Shown: one piece after another, positions 54,037 to 63,183 of the stretch
Numbering within the stretch: the stretch's first letter is position 1
Layout of the letters: each line of letters opens with the position of its first letter
Assembly (NCBI GenBank): GCA_016124665.1
Contig: WGNH01000021.1
Coordinates: forward strand, 19,837-83,836
Direction of reading: 5' to 3'
DNA: 64,000 nt
Source of the DNA: Alphaproteobacteria bacterium
Lineage (GTDB): Bacteria > Pseudomonadota > Alphaproteobacteria > Caulobacterales > Maricaulaceae
The notes under the pieces: model-generated
Databases searched by the model: none
The model's input: only the letters and a program-made list of their open reading frames with translations
What the model was told of the DNA's origin: nothing
Translations under genes and position numbers: made by a program

Positions 54037-55602
54037 CTACTTCCAACCTCTTGATTTGTCGTGAACGCGGCGGCGGCGCCAGGCCCCGCGCAGGACAAAC
54101 AGCAGGGCCAGGAGGAACAGGATGGCGGCGATTTCGCGCATCGAGAACTCCGGCAGGCCGAACCGCTCGGCCAGGGTGGGCGTTCCGGCAATGGAATAAT
54201 CATAGCCGGTGACGCCGCTTTCATTCCACAAGGCGGCCCGTCCGGACAGGGCTGACCAGTGCGCGGACCGGGACAGAATTTCAGACGCGCGGTTGAATCC
54301 GTCGGCTTGCGGTGAAGTGAAACCGGCAATCCAGCGCGTCGGATTGGCCGGGTCGGCAAACACGGTTGCGACGCCGGCCGGCCGGACCGCCGCGTCGGCA
54401 TAGGCTGCCGAAGACAGGCGCAGACCGGTCCGCTGCCCGGCTTGTTCGGCTGCGGCGCGAAGCGCTGTACGGAATTCCACGGGGGCCCCGTCCAGCAGGT
54501 TGCGGTCGGCCATCGCCGCCGTACCGATGAAGACCATGTTGCGGCTTTCGGGCGCCATACGGCTGTCGGACCCGTACCATGAATAGATCCAGGCCGTGCC
54601 GTGGGCGAGCGCCGTCCGGGCCATGATCGACATGGCCGCCAGCCGCCCGGTGCCATCGGGCTCGGTAATGATGACGGCTGTACGCGCGCCGCGGCCATCG
54701 CCGAATGGCAGGCGGGCCTGCGAGTATTCGCGCAAGGTCGCGCCATCGGCTTCAAGGCGTGTATGTTCTGTGCCGATTGCTGCAGCCGTCAGGGCATCCG
54801 TGACCCCGAAGGAGAGGCCGGCCTGACGGATGGACCGGCTGGCAAATAGGCGTGCGGCGGTTTCCATGTCCTGCTGATGGCGTCCGGCGATGACGAAATC
54901 CAGATCATCACCGGAAAAGCGGATTTCAGCTCCGGCCAATGCGGCATCCACATCATATCCGATGCGGATGCCAGCTGCATCCGGTGTCTCCACGAATTCC
55001 GGTGCGCGGCCCATGCGCATGGCAACGCCCTGTGCAATCACCGCTTCCAGCATGACGTCATTCGGACGGTCCTCGATATAGACTGCGCCCACCGGCGGAA
55101 TGTCGGATGACAGCAGTGCTTCGATATCCCCCAGCGATGCCGGTGCGCGTGCGGTTTCATAGGCGATACGGAGCCGCGAATGGGCGCCATCAACTGTCCA
55201 GCCTGCACCTTCATCATGTTCCAGGGCCAGGCTGACAATATTGGTGCCATTGCGGAGCACGTGCTGTGGCAGCGCGATTTCCGCGGTAAACGGTTCGCCA
55301 GCCGGTTCGATCCGGACAGCACGGCTGTTGTTGACGATGACGATCAGGGCCGGGCTGTCAGCGCCCTGAGCAGTCAATCCCAGATACAGACGGCCATCCA
55401 GGGGGGTGATTGTCGGGGCGAGCGAGAATTGAACGAGACCATCCCCGCTGTCGCTTGTAATGTTCAAGCTGTTGATTTGATGTATTATATTATTCAACGG
55501 CACTTCATGAACAGAGCCCGGTGCAGGCTCCTCAGCCGCGGCAATAGCAGCCTGAAGGCCGACGGCAATCGCGAAAACCCAACGCACAACTCGTACTGTC
55601 AT
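54037..55602 (-). CDS. hypothetical periplasmic protein with a C-terminal membrane anchor
   Basis: Start chosen at MTVRVVRWVFAIAVGLQAAIAAA. C-terminal TM plus basic tail IAAILFLLALLFVLRGAWRRRR. The architecture is only vaguely BcsB-like. Confidence 0.6.
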   Translation of the reverse strand: MTVRVVRWVFAIAVGLQAAIAAAEEPAPGSVHEVPLNNIIHQINSLNITSDSGDGLVQFSLAPTITPLDGRLYLGLTAQGADSPALIVIVNNSRAVRIEPAGEPFTAEIALPQHVLRNGTNIVSLALEHDEGAGWTVDGAHSRLRIAYETARAPASLGDIEALLSSDIPPVGAVYIEDRPNDVMLEAVIAQGVAMRMGRAPEFVETPDAAGIRIGYDVDAALAGAEIRFSGDDLDFVIAGRHQQDMETAARLFASRSIRQAGLSFGVTDALTAAAIGTEHTRLEADGATLREYSQARLPFGDGRGARTAVIITEPDGTGRLAAMSIMARTALAHGTAWIYSWYGSDSRMAPESRNMVFIGTAAMADRNLLDGAPVEFRTALRAAAEQAGQRTGLRLSSAAYADAAVRPAGVATVFADPANPTRWIAGFTSPQADGFNRASEILSRSAHWSALSGRAALWNESGVTGYDYSIAGTPTLAERFGLPEFSMREIAAILFLLALLFVLRGAWRRRRVHDKSRGWK

Positions 55603-55643
55603 GATACGCTCCCCACCCATTCACACTTTATTAAGCAATTGGC

Positions 55644-55994
55644 TTGCCATCAATGGAAATGAATCGAATTCGTACAGAAATCTGGGTGCAGGCCCTGCTC
55701 AGACGCGCGGAGGTTGAAGGTGCGATGGGCGGAGTGGCGCGTAAGGGGGATGTTGATGCCGGCGCTGTGCTTCTGCGCGTGTCGCGGCTGGATGGCACCT
55801 CCAATTTCTATGTGCCGGCGCGGGATATGGATGGCCAGCAGATATGGATTCAGCCGTTGGGGACGGATCCGGTGGTGGATAGCCGTTTGAATGCCTATTG
55901 CGAGCGGCGGCTGGAAGATGATCCGGATCTCTGGGTGGTTGAAATCGAGGACCGCAAGGGCCGCCATTTCCTGACCGAGCCAGTGGAAGCCTGA
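55644..55994 (+). CDS. DUF1491 family protein
   Basis: IRTEIWVQALLRRAEVEGAMGGVARKGDVDAGAVLLRV...WVVEIEDRKGRHFL. One of three N-terminal Met codons is the start. Confidence 0.75.
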   Translation: MPSMEMNRIRTEIWVQALLRRAEVEGAMGGVARKGDVDAGAVLLRVSRLDGTSNFYVPARDMDGQQIWIQPLGTDPVVDSRLNAYCERRLEDDPDLWVVEIEDRKGRHFLTEPVEA

Positions 55995-56062
55995 GTTGAG
56001 GCTTGCCACATGCGTCCGGGCCTATTAGGTCCGCGCATCACAACACAAGACAAAGATCCGAT

Positions 56063-57652
56063 ATGAGCGCGACTTCATCGAGCGGTGAATGGGCCAAGAG
56101 GCGCACTTACGCTATCATTTCCCACCCGGACGCCGGCAAGACAACGCTGACCGAAAACCTGTTGCTGGCTGCAGGATCAATCCGGCTGGCCGGGCAGGTG
56201 CGGGCGCGCGGTGAAAACCGCCGGACGCGTTCGGACTGGATGAAGATCGAGCAGGATCGCGGGATATCCGTCTCTGCATCGGTGATGACCTATGAACATC
56301 GCGGGCTGACCTTCAACCTGCTGGATACGCCGGGCCACGAGGATTTCTCCGAGGACACCTACCGGACGCTGACGGCGGCCGATAGCGCCATCATGGTGCT
56401 GGATGCGGCGCGCGGTGTGGAGCCGCGGACGCTGAAGCTGGTGGAGGTGTGCCGGCTGCGCGACATTCCGATCCTGACCTTTATCAACAAGCTCGACCGC
56501 GAAGCACTGGCACCGGAAGAATTGCTGGATGATATCCAGGACAAGCTGGCGCTGGATACCGCCCCGATGCAATGGCCGGCGGCTTCCGGCAAACGGTTTG
56601 GCGGGGTCATGGACATGATGACCGATGAATTCATCCCGTTCCGGCCGGATGAGGGCGAAATGTCTTCGGGCAAACGTGTTCCCGCAGCTGACGCGGAGAA
56701 GCTTCTCAGCCCGGACGTCTTCGCGGAATTGCAGGAAGGCACGGAAATGGCGCGCGAGCTGTGCCCGGACTTCAACCCGCAATCCTATCGGGAAGGGCAT
56801 ATGACGCCGGTCTATTTCGGAGCGGCCTTGCGCCGCTTCGGGATTATTGAATTGCTTGATGCGCTGGCGGACATCGCGCCGGGGCCACAGACCGAGAAAG
56901 CCATTGTCCGGAAGGTTGCGGGCGAAGTGACGCCGGACGGCAAGGAAGTGTCTGGCTTTGTGTTCAAGGTGCAGGCGAATATGGACCCGAACCATCGCGA
57001 CCGGGTGGCCTTCCTGCGCCTGGCCTCGGGCAAGTTCAAACGCGGCATGAAGCTGAAAACCGACAAGGGCAAATCCCTGACCGTATCGTCACCGATCATG
57101 TTTTTCGCGCAGGACCGGGAAATTGCGGACGAGGCTTTTGCGGGCGATGTCATCGGCATCCCCAATCACGGGCTCTTGCGTGTCGGGGACAGTCTGAGCG
57201 AGAGCGGAGAGATCCTGTTTGCGGGTATTCCGAATTTCGCGCCGGAGATTTTGCGCCGCGCGCGGCTGGCCGACCCCTTGAAAGCCAAGCATCTGAAAAA
57301 GGCGCTGGAATCGCTCGCCGAGGAAGGCGTAACCCAGCTTTTCCGCCCGGTGATTGGCGGGGATTTCATCGTCGGTGCCGTGGGCCAGTTGCAGATCGAG
57401 GTGATGGCCGAGCGCGTGTCCGCCGAATACGGGCTGGATGTGACGTTCGAGGCCGCCCCCTATGAAACCGCGCGCTGGATCCACGGCTCCGATGCCGACA
57501 TTGAAAAGTTCGCGGACCGGCACAAGAGCGCGATTGCCGAGGATATTGACGGCGACCCGGTCTTCCTCGCCAAATCGTCCTGGGAAGTCAGTTATTCCGA
57601 AGAAAAATGGCCGGACCTGAAATTTCTGCGAGCCAAGGAGCGGAACAGTTGA
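56063..57652 (+). CDS. prfC: peptide chain release factor 3
   Basis: Start chosen at MSATSSS. Contains RRTYAIISHPDAGKTTLTE, DTPGHEDFSEDTYR and FINKLDR. Confidence 0.95.
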   Translation: MSATSSSGEWAKRRTYAIISHPDAGKTTLTENLLLAAGSIRLAGQVRARGENRRTRSDWMKIEQDRGISVSASVMTYEHRGLTFNLLDTPGHEDFSEDTYRTLTAADSAIMVLDAARGVEPRTLKLVEVCRLRDIPILTFINKLDREALAPEELLDDIQDKLALDTAPMQWPAASGKRFGGVMDMMTDEFIPFRPDEGEMSSGKRVPAADAEKLLSPDVFAELQEGTEMARELCPDFNPQSYREGHMTPVYFGAALRRFGIIELLDALADIAPGPQTEKAIVRKVAGEVTPDGKEVSGFVFKVQANMDPNHRDRVAFLRLASGKFKRGMKLKTDKGKSLTVSSPIMFFAQDREIADEAFAGDVIGIPNHGLLRVGDSLSESGEILFAGIPNFAPEILRRARLADPLKAKHLKKALESLAEEGVTQLFRPVIGGDFIVGAVGQLQIEVMAERVSAEYGLDVTFEAAPYETARWIHGSDADIEKFADRHKSAIAEDIDGDPVFLAKSSWEVSYSEEKWPDLKFLRAKERNS

Positions 57653-58851
57653 GCGCTTCATCCGGAACACTGATTGAAACGGCACTGGGCAGGGCCAATG
57701 AATTCTGGGCACTGGTCGTCGATGTCTGGAATACAAGCTTTCTGGGAGCCAGTGTCGGGCAGGGCCTGCTGGCGATGGTTGCGGTCATTGCCGCGCTTTT
57801 CCTGCGCGGCATCGTCTCCCGCTGGCTGGTTCTGGTCATGCGGCGGCTGGTGAAGAAAACCACCAATCAAATTGATGATGCCATTGTCGAAGCGCTGGCC
57901 GGTCCTTTTCAACTGGTCCCGGTCATCATCGGACTGTTCATCGCCACCACCATTCTGGGGCTCGGCGGCCCGGAATCCGCCGGGTCAAGGCTGGTCCAGT
58001 CGCTGGTGGCGGTCACGCTTTTCTGGGCCATGCACAATGCGGTGACACCGGTGTCCCGCAGCCTCGATTTCGTTACGCAGGCCCTGACGCCGGTGATGAT
58101 CGACTGGATGACCAAGTCGCTGCAGATCCTGTTCATCATTGTCGGTGCGGCGGCGGTTCTGGAAATCTGGTCGATACCGGTCGGGCCGATTATTGCGGGG
58201 CTCGGCCTGTTCGGCGTTGCCGTTGGCCTTGGCGCACAGGATTTGTTCAAGAATCTGATCGCCGGTGTCCTGATCCTGACCGAGCGCCGCTTCCTGCCGG
58301 GTGACTGGGTGCAGGTGGATGGCGTGGTCGAGGGCACGGTCGAGAAAATCAATTTCCGCTCGACCGTGGTCCGCCGCTTCGACAAGGGCCCGGTCTATGT
58401 ACCGAATTCAAAACTGTCCGATAATGCGGTCACCAATTTCTCGCGAATGACACACCGCCGGATCAGCTGGGCGATCGGGGTTGAATACAAGACCACCACC
58501 GAACAGCTCGCCTATATCCGCGACAAGACACTGGAATACATTCTGAACCATCCGGAATTTGCCAAACCGCCGGAGGTGACCACCTTCATGCGGGTGGATG
58601 CGTTCGGTCCGTCGTCGATCGATTTCAAGCTCTATGCCTTTACGGTGACAACCAACTGGACGGAATGGTTGCGGATCAAGGAAGCGCTGGCTTTCGAGCT
58701 GAAGAAAATCGTGGGAGAGGCCGGCACCAGCTTCGCCTTCCCGTCACAGACCATCTATGTCGACGATGGCTCCGAAGTGTTCCTGCCGCCGGAACACAAA
58801 TCCGCTCCGGCTCGGATTGAGCAGCCCGAAAATGCCGGCGGTGAAAGCTGA
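57607..58851 (+). CDS. mechanosensitive ion channel family protein (MscS-like)
   Basis: Multi-TM N-terminus. MscS core GLFGVAVGLGAQDLFKNLIAGVLILTERRFLPGDWV. The start is uncertain: the ATG at 57607 overlaps prfC by 46 nt, and a TTG at 57649 overlaps the prfC stop. Confidence 0.88.
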   Translation: MAGPEISASQGAEQLSASSGTLIETALGRANEFWALVVDVWNTSFLGASVGQGLLAMVAVIAALFLRGIVSRWLVLVMRRLVKKTTNQIDDAIVEALAGPFQLVPVIIGLFIATTILGLGGPESAGSRLVQSLVAVTLFWAMHNAVTPVSRSLDFVTQALTPVMIDWMTKSLQILFIIVGAAAVLEIWSIPVGPIIAGLGLFGVAVGLGAQDLFKNLIAGVLILTERRFLPGDWVQVDGVVEGTVEKINFRSTVVRRFDKGPVYVPNSKLSDNAVTNFSRMTHRRISWAIGVEYKTTTEQLAYIRDKTLEYILNHPEFAKPPEVTTFMRVDAFGPSSIDFKLYAFTVTTNWTEWLRIKEALAFELKKIVGEAGTSFAFPSQTIYVDDGSEVFLPPEHKSAPARIEQPENAGGES

Positions 58852-58854
58852 GGC

Positions 58855-59940
58855 TCAGGCGGCTTCGGCGTTCTTGCGCATGGCCATGAAGCGCATGGCG
58901 CGCTGGGCTTCGCGTTCCGAGAGTTCATCGTAGATGCGGCCATATTCGCGCGCATCACGCAGGGCGTCGCCCTGGCCGGCATTGCGCATGACGGACAGGG
59001 TCACAAACAGGGTCCGGTCAATTCCGCCCGCCTTGCAGAGCAGGCAGAGCGGGTCGATGCCTGGGCATTCCAGCGCCCGTTTTGCGGTACCAAGATCGGT
59101 ATCGGTCATGACTGCCAGGCCTGCCGCGCACCGCATCAGCTGGCCTTCGCGCAAGAGGCGGACGAGCAGGGCCCCGTCGAGCTGACGGCGCAGTTTCATG
59201 GCATTGACGTAGCGTTTGGCTTCATCGGCTGTCTTGTCGCTCGAGAGACGGGCTTCGAGGCGCGTATGTGAGGCATCAATGGCCTGTTGCAGCTCGTCCG
59301 GATCCACGCCGTCGAACTTTTCCAGAATCCGGTCGCGGAGACGGGCTTCCACCACGGTCAGCATGTCATTGAGGAGATCGACCGGCGTTTCCTTGCGGGC
59401 GACCAGCGGCGCGTGGAAATCCGGATTGGTTTCTGCGCGTTCGGTGATGTTTTCAAAGGCCGCCCGGGACAGTTTGGCACCACTGTTCTTTACCAGAGAG
59501 ACGACGGTGTCGTCATTGCCGCGGCGGACAATGGTATCGGCGACGGCTTCGGGAATGGATTTCCGCGTGGTCAGAAGTTTCAGATGCGATTGCCCGGTGG
59601 ATTCAGCGATCGCGACCAGATCGTCCTCGGTCAAGGCATTCGATTTTCTGAGAATGGGCGCTGCGACATCAATGACATCGCGCGCCAGCTGCATGATCAG
59701 GCCATGCGGGGCATGGGCGCTGCCGGCAAAGCGCTCGGCCAGTTCGGCGCGGGCATCCTCGGCGGTGTCTGCAGCCAGCCTGGAGAGCACGCCATCATAC
59801 TGGTCAAGTTCAGCCGATCCCTTGGTGGGAACATCATCGAAAAACAGATCGGTGACCTCCCGCAGAAGCTCACGCCGTCTTTCGCTGGATTTCTCGCGCG
59901 CAAGGTCGACCAGTTTGTGAAGATTGGATTGAACCGCCAT
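58855..59940 (-). CDS. DUF2336 domain-containing protein
   Basis: 361 aa helical-repeat protein. LVDLAREKSSERRRELLREVTDLFF..., DVAAPILRKSNALTEDDLVAIA, VVSLVKNSGAKLS. Confidence 0.8.
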   Translation of the reverse strand: MAVQSNLHKLVDLAREKSSERRRELLREVTDLFFDDVPTKGSAELDQYDGVLSRLAADTAEDARAELAERFAGSAHAPHGLIMQLARDVIDVAAPILRKSNALTEDDLVAIAESTGQSHLKLLTTRKSIPEAVADTIVRRGNDDTVVSLVKNSGAKLSRAAFENITERAETNPDFHAPLVARKETPVDLLNDMLTVVEARLRDRILEKFDGVDPDELQQAIDASHTRLEARLSSDKTADEAKRYVNAMKLRRQLDGALLVRLLREGQLMRCAAGLAVMTDTDLGTAKRALECPGIDPLCLLCKAGGIDRTLFVTLSVMRNAGQGDALRDAREYGRIYDELSEREAQRAMRFMAMRKNAEAA

Positions 59941-60088
59941 GCCGCCCGCCCGAACTGTCTTTCGCGGATCATCCCGCCAATGGGTAAAGAAACAGTGGGC
60001 GAGTGTGGTTAATGCGGCGCGCCGGTGCAGGATTGCGCAGGGCGCGCGCCGGGGATAAGGAGGCGTCCGGGAATCGGGAGCGGATCAA

Positions 60089-60913
60089 ATGACAAGCAAG
60101 GCGCAATCAGGCTGGCGGACCCGGCTGGTCAGGTTTCTGGAAACGCCCTTCGTGCTGAATTTCATCACCGGGCTGATCCTGGTCAATGCGGTGACGCTGG
60201 GTCTTGAAACCTATCCGGTTGAAATCCCCGTTCTCGCAGACGCCCTGCCACTGGCCGACACGGTCATCGTCTCGGTTTTCGTGATCGAGCTGCTGCTGAA
60301 AATGATCGCCTACGGGCCGCGCTTTTTCCGCTCCGGCTGGAACTGGTTCGACCTGATCATCGTCTCGGTGTCGCTGGTCCCCGATGCCGGTGCCTTCACG
60401 GTATTGCGGGCGATGCGCATATTGCGGGTCTTCCGCCTGTTCTCGGTCATGCCGGACATGCGCAAGGTCGTCGAGGCGCTGATGAAAGCCATTCCGGGCA
60501 TGGGCGCGATTCTCGCCGTGCTGGCGCTGATGTTTTATGTCGCAGCGGTGATGGCGACCAAGCTGTTTGGCGGGTCTTCCGAAATGTTTGACACGCTGGG
60601 GGCCTCGGCCTTCACGCTCTTCCAGGTGATGACGCTGGAAGGCTGGGCCATGGATGTCGCCCGCCCGGTGATGGAGCAATATCCCTTTGCCTGGCTGTTT
60701 TTCCTCATCTTCATCGTGCTGACCAGCTTTGCCGTCCTCAACATGTTCATCGCGGTGATCGTTGACTCGCTGCAATCCAAGCATTTCGACGAAGAGGAGG
60801 AGCGGGCGGCACAATCGGAAGCCGAGGCGCAGGAAGACCGCGAAGTGATCCATGAGGAACTGAAAGCGATCCGCGCCGAGCTGCAGGCCTTGCGCGCGGA
60901 TATGAAGCGCTAG
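60089..60913 (+). CDS. voltage-gated ion channel, BacNaV/NaChBac family (single 6-TM domain)
   Basis: S4 with Arg at every third position (VLRAMRILRVFRLF). Pore and filter FTLFQVMTLEGWAMDV. S6 FFLIFIVLTSFAVLNMFIAVIV. Acidic neck plus C-terminal coiled coil ...HEELKAIRAELQALRADMKR. Confidence 0.88.
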   Translation: MTSKAQSGWRTRLVRFLETPFVLNFITGLILVNAVTLGLETYPVEIPVLADALPLADTVIVSVFVIELLLKMIAYGPRFFRSGWNWFDLIIVSVSLVPDAGAFTVLRAMRILRVFRLFSVMPDMRKVVEALMKAIPGMGAILAVLALMFYVAAVMATKLFGGSSEMFDTLGASAFTLFQVMTLEGWAMDVARPVMEQYPFAWLFFLIFIVLTSFAVLNMFIAVIVDSLQSKHFDEEEERAAQSEAEAQEDREVIHEELKAIRAELQALRADMKR

Positions 60914-61179
60914 GGTCAGGACCTGGTAATTTGACTGGAATGGCGGCCGAGATGACGAGAGATGCGAGGAAAAGCCCGAAGAGCGGGGCCAATCCCCCGG
61001 TCGAGGGCTTTGACAAAGCAGATCGACGTCAGCATGGCCGTCCTTCGGACCGGGCTGATTTGCACGGGCTACTGTGTCGCAAACCCTTGAAAGGCATTGG
61101 CCTTCCGGTGGGTTTGCTCCTTGTATCCGCACAAATCCGCTTCGGCCATTGCAGTCAGATTAGCAGGTCCTGACCCTAG
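60910..61179. mobile_element. MITE-like non-autonomous element, copy B (best-preserved ends)
   Basis: The left end CTAGGGTCAGGACCTGGTAATTTGACTG (60910..60937) matches the reverse complement of the right end (61152..61179) at 26 of 28 positions. CTAG is present at both borders. Confidence 0.72.
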
Positions 61180-63128
61180 GGAATGGCCGCGACTTCGGCC
61201 TCGAAGGCATTCAGCAATTCGGAATAGAAGGCGGCGAGCTCTTCTTCATGGGCGGAACGCTCGCGCGGGGCCGGGGCCGCCACCGGCCTCACCGGAAGTC
61301 CGTCATGGGCGGCGATCATGAAATCCCGCCAGATGCGCGCCGGCAGGCCGCCGCCGGTGACATCATTGGTGGGAGTGTCATCATCATTGCCGACCCAGAC
61401 ACCGGCAATGTAATCGGCCGAAAATCCGAGAAACCAGGCATCGCGGAAGGACTGGCTGGTGCCGGTCTTCCCCGCTGTTGGCCGCTCCGGCAGGCGCGCC
61501 GCCACGCCGGTGCCGGACAGAACAATATCCTGCATCATGGTTGACAGGGTCAGCGCATCGGCCTCTTCGACCACCTGTTCCGGTTCGGCGGGCGCGGGCT
61601 CCCAGAGGATGTCGCCGCGGGAATTGGTTACACGCTCGAGCAGGCGGGCCCGGTGGCGTTCGCCGGAATTGGCGATTGTGGCGTAGGCGGTGGTCAGTTC
61701 CTGCAGGGTGACCTCGACCGCGCCCAGCGACAGGGCGGGCAGGGCAGGCAATTCGGTCTCGATGCCGAGGCGTGCGGCCATGTCCACGACGGTTTCCGGG
61801 CCGATTTCATCTATGATCTGGGCCGAGACCGTATTGATTGATCGCCGCAGCGCTTCCTGCAATGTCACGCGGCCGCGATAGGTGCCGCCGAAATTCTGCG
61901 GCTGCCAGCCTTCCAGATCGACCGGCTCGTCATAATAGACGCTGAAGGGTGATGCGCCTTCCTCGATGGCGGCAAGATAGACGATGGGCTTGAAGGCCGA
62001 GCCCGGCTGGCGCCGCGCCTGCGCAGCGCGGTTATACTGGGATTGCAGATAATCGCGGCCGCCGACCATGGCGCGCACGGCTCCGTCGGGCGTCATGGCC
62101 AGCAAAGCGGCCTCGCCCGCACCCTGCGCCTCGCTTTCCGCGTCCATGCGGGCGGTCAGGGTGCGATGCGCCGCTTCCTGCAGTGCGGGATCAATCGTTA
62201 CCTGGATGATGGCGTCGGCGGGCAGCTCCCCCAATTCGGCTTCGGCGAGCTGGACGGCCTGGTCAAAGATGAAACCGAACACGGCGGGATCGCGGTAGGT
62301 TTCCGGTTCCGGCGCAATCGGGGCGGCGGGATTGGCTTCGGCTTCGGCGCGTTCTTCGGCGGTGATGAAGCCGGCCTCCTCCATGGCGGCGAGCACGATG
62401 GCGGCGCGCTCGCGGGCGGCGGCCAGGTTGCTGGTCGGATCGAGGCGGCTGGGCGCTTTGGGCAGGGCGGCCAGCATGGCGGCTTCGGCCAGTGTGAGGT
62501 CTGCGGCAGATTTCTGGAAATAGCGCCGGGCCGCGGCTTCGATGCCGTAGGCCCGGGCGCCGAAATAGATGCGGTTGAGATAAAGCTGCAGGATTTCGTC
62601 CTTCGACAGGCGGCGCTCCAGCTGCCAGGCCAGCCGCATTTCCTGGATTTTACGCCGCATCGAGCGTTCCGGCGTCAGCACCAGATTCTTGACGAGCTGC
62701 ATGGTGATGGTCGAGCCGCCCTGAACCGTCGCCCCGGCCCGCAGATTGGTGAAAACGGCGCGCAGCGTACCGCGGAAATCGACACCGGAATGGTCGTAGA
62801 AGCGCCGGTCCTCGATCGCGATGAAGGCCTGGCGGACATGGTCGGGCAGGTCATCCAGCTCGACCGGTGAGCCATAGAGCGGGCCGCGCACATCAATCAC
62901 CGCGCCATTCATGTCCAAAAGGGTGATGCTGTGCTCGCGGCGCGTGTCGGCCAGGACGGACAGGTTTTCCGGCAGGGCCGGCATGTCCGAAAACGCCCAC
63001 CGCCAGAACACGCCGCCAATAATGCCGGCGAGGATGACTGTCGCCGCAAAGCTTGCTGTCAGCGCCCATGCCAGACGTTCGCGCTTGCGGCGTTTTTCCT
63101 CTAGAAGGTCGGCTCTGAAAGCGGTCAT
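61176..63128 (-). CDS. class A penicillin-binding protein (glycosyltransferase GT51 + transpeptidase)
   Basis: GT51 motifs AFIAIEDRRFYDHSGVD, GGSTITMQLVKN and RKIQEMRLA. Transpeptidase motifs SAFKP and KTGTS. Confidence 0.93.
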   Translation of the reverse strand: MTAFRADLLEEKRRKRERLAWALTASFAATVILAGIIGGVFWRWAFSDMPALPENLSVLADTRREHSITLLDMNGAVIDVRGPLYGSPVELDDLPDHVRQAFIAIEDRRFYDHSGVDFRGTLRAVFTNLRAGATVQGGSTITMQLVKNLVLTPERSMRRKIQEMRLAWQLERRLSKDEILQLYLNRIYFGARAYGIEAAARRYFQKSAADLTLAEAAMLAALPKAPSRLDPTSNLAAARERAAIVLAAMEEAGFITAEERAEAEANPAAPIAPEPETYRDPAVFGFIFDQAVQLAEAELGELPADAIIQVTIDPALQEAAHRTLTARMDAESEAQGAGEAALLAMTPDGAVRAMVGGRDYLQSQYNRAAQARRQPGSAFKPIVYLAAIEEGASPFSVYYDEPVDLEGWQPQNFGGTYRGRVTLQEALRRSINTVSAQIIDEIGPETVVDMAARLGIETELPALPALSLGAVEVTLQELTTAYATIANSGERHRARLLERVTNSRGDILWEPAPAEPEQVVEEADALTLSTMMQDIVLSGTGVAARLPERPTAGKTGTSQSFRDAWFLGFSADYIAGVWVGNDDDTPTNDVTGGGLPARIWRDFMIAAHDGLPVRPVAAPAPRERSAHEEELAAFYSELLNAFEAEVAAIP

Positions 63129-63183
63129 CCGGATTTCCCCTGCCGGGTATCAGCCCGCACAAAGTGGCAAGGTTTAGGCGAAT

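Noticed and set aside
54037-55602. Calling the 521-aa anchored periplasmic protein a cellulose synthase BcsB subunit
   Set aside because: There is only an architectural resemblance (N-terminal signal, C-terminal TM anchor). The size is smaller than typical BcsB, no bcsA/bcsZ/bcsC genes are nearby, and I could point to no diagnostic motif.
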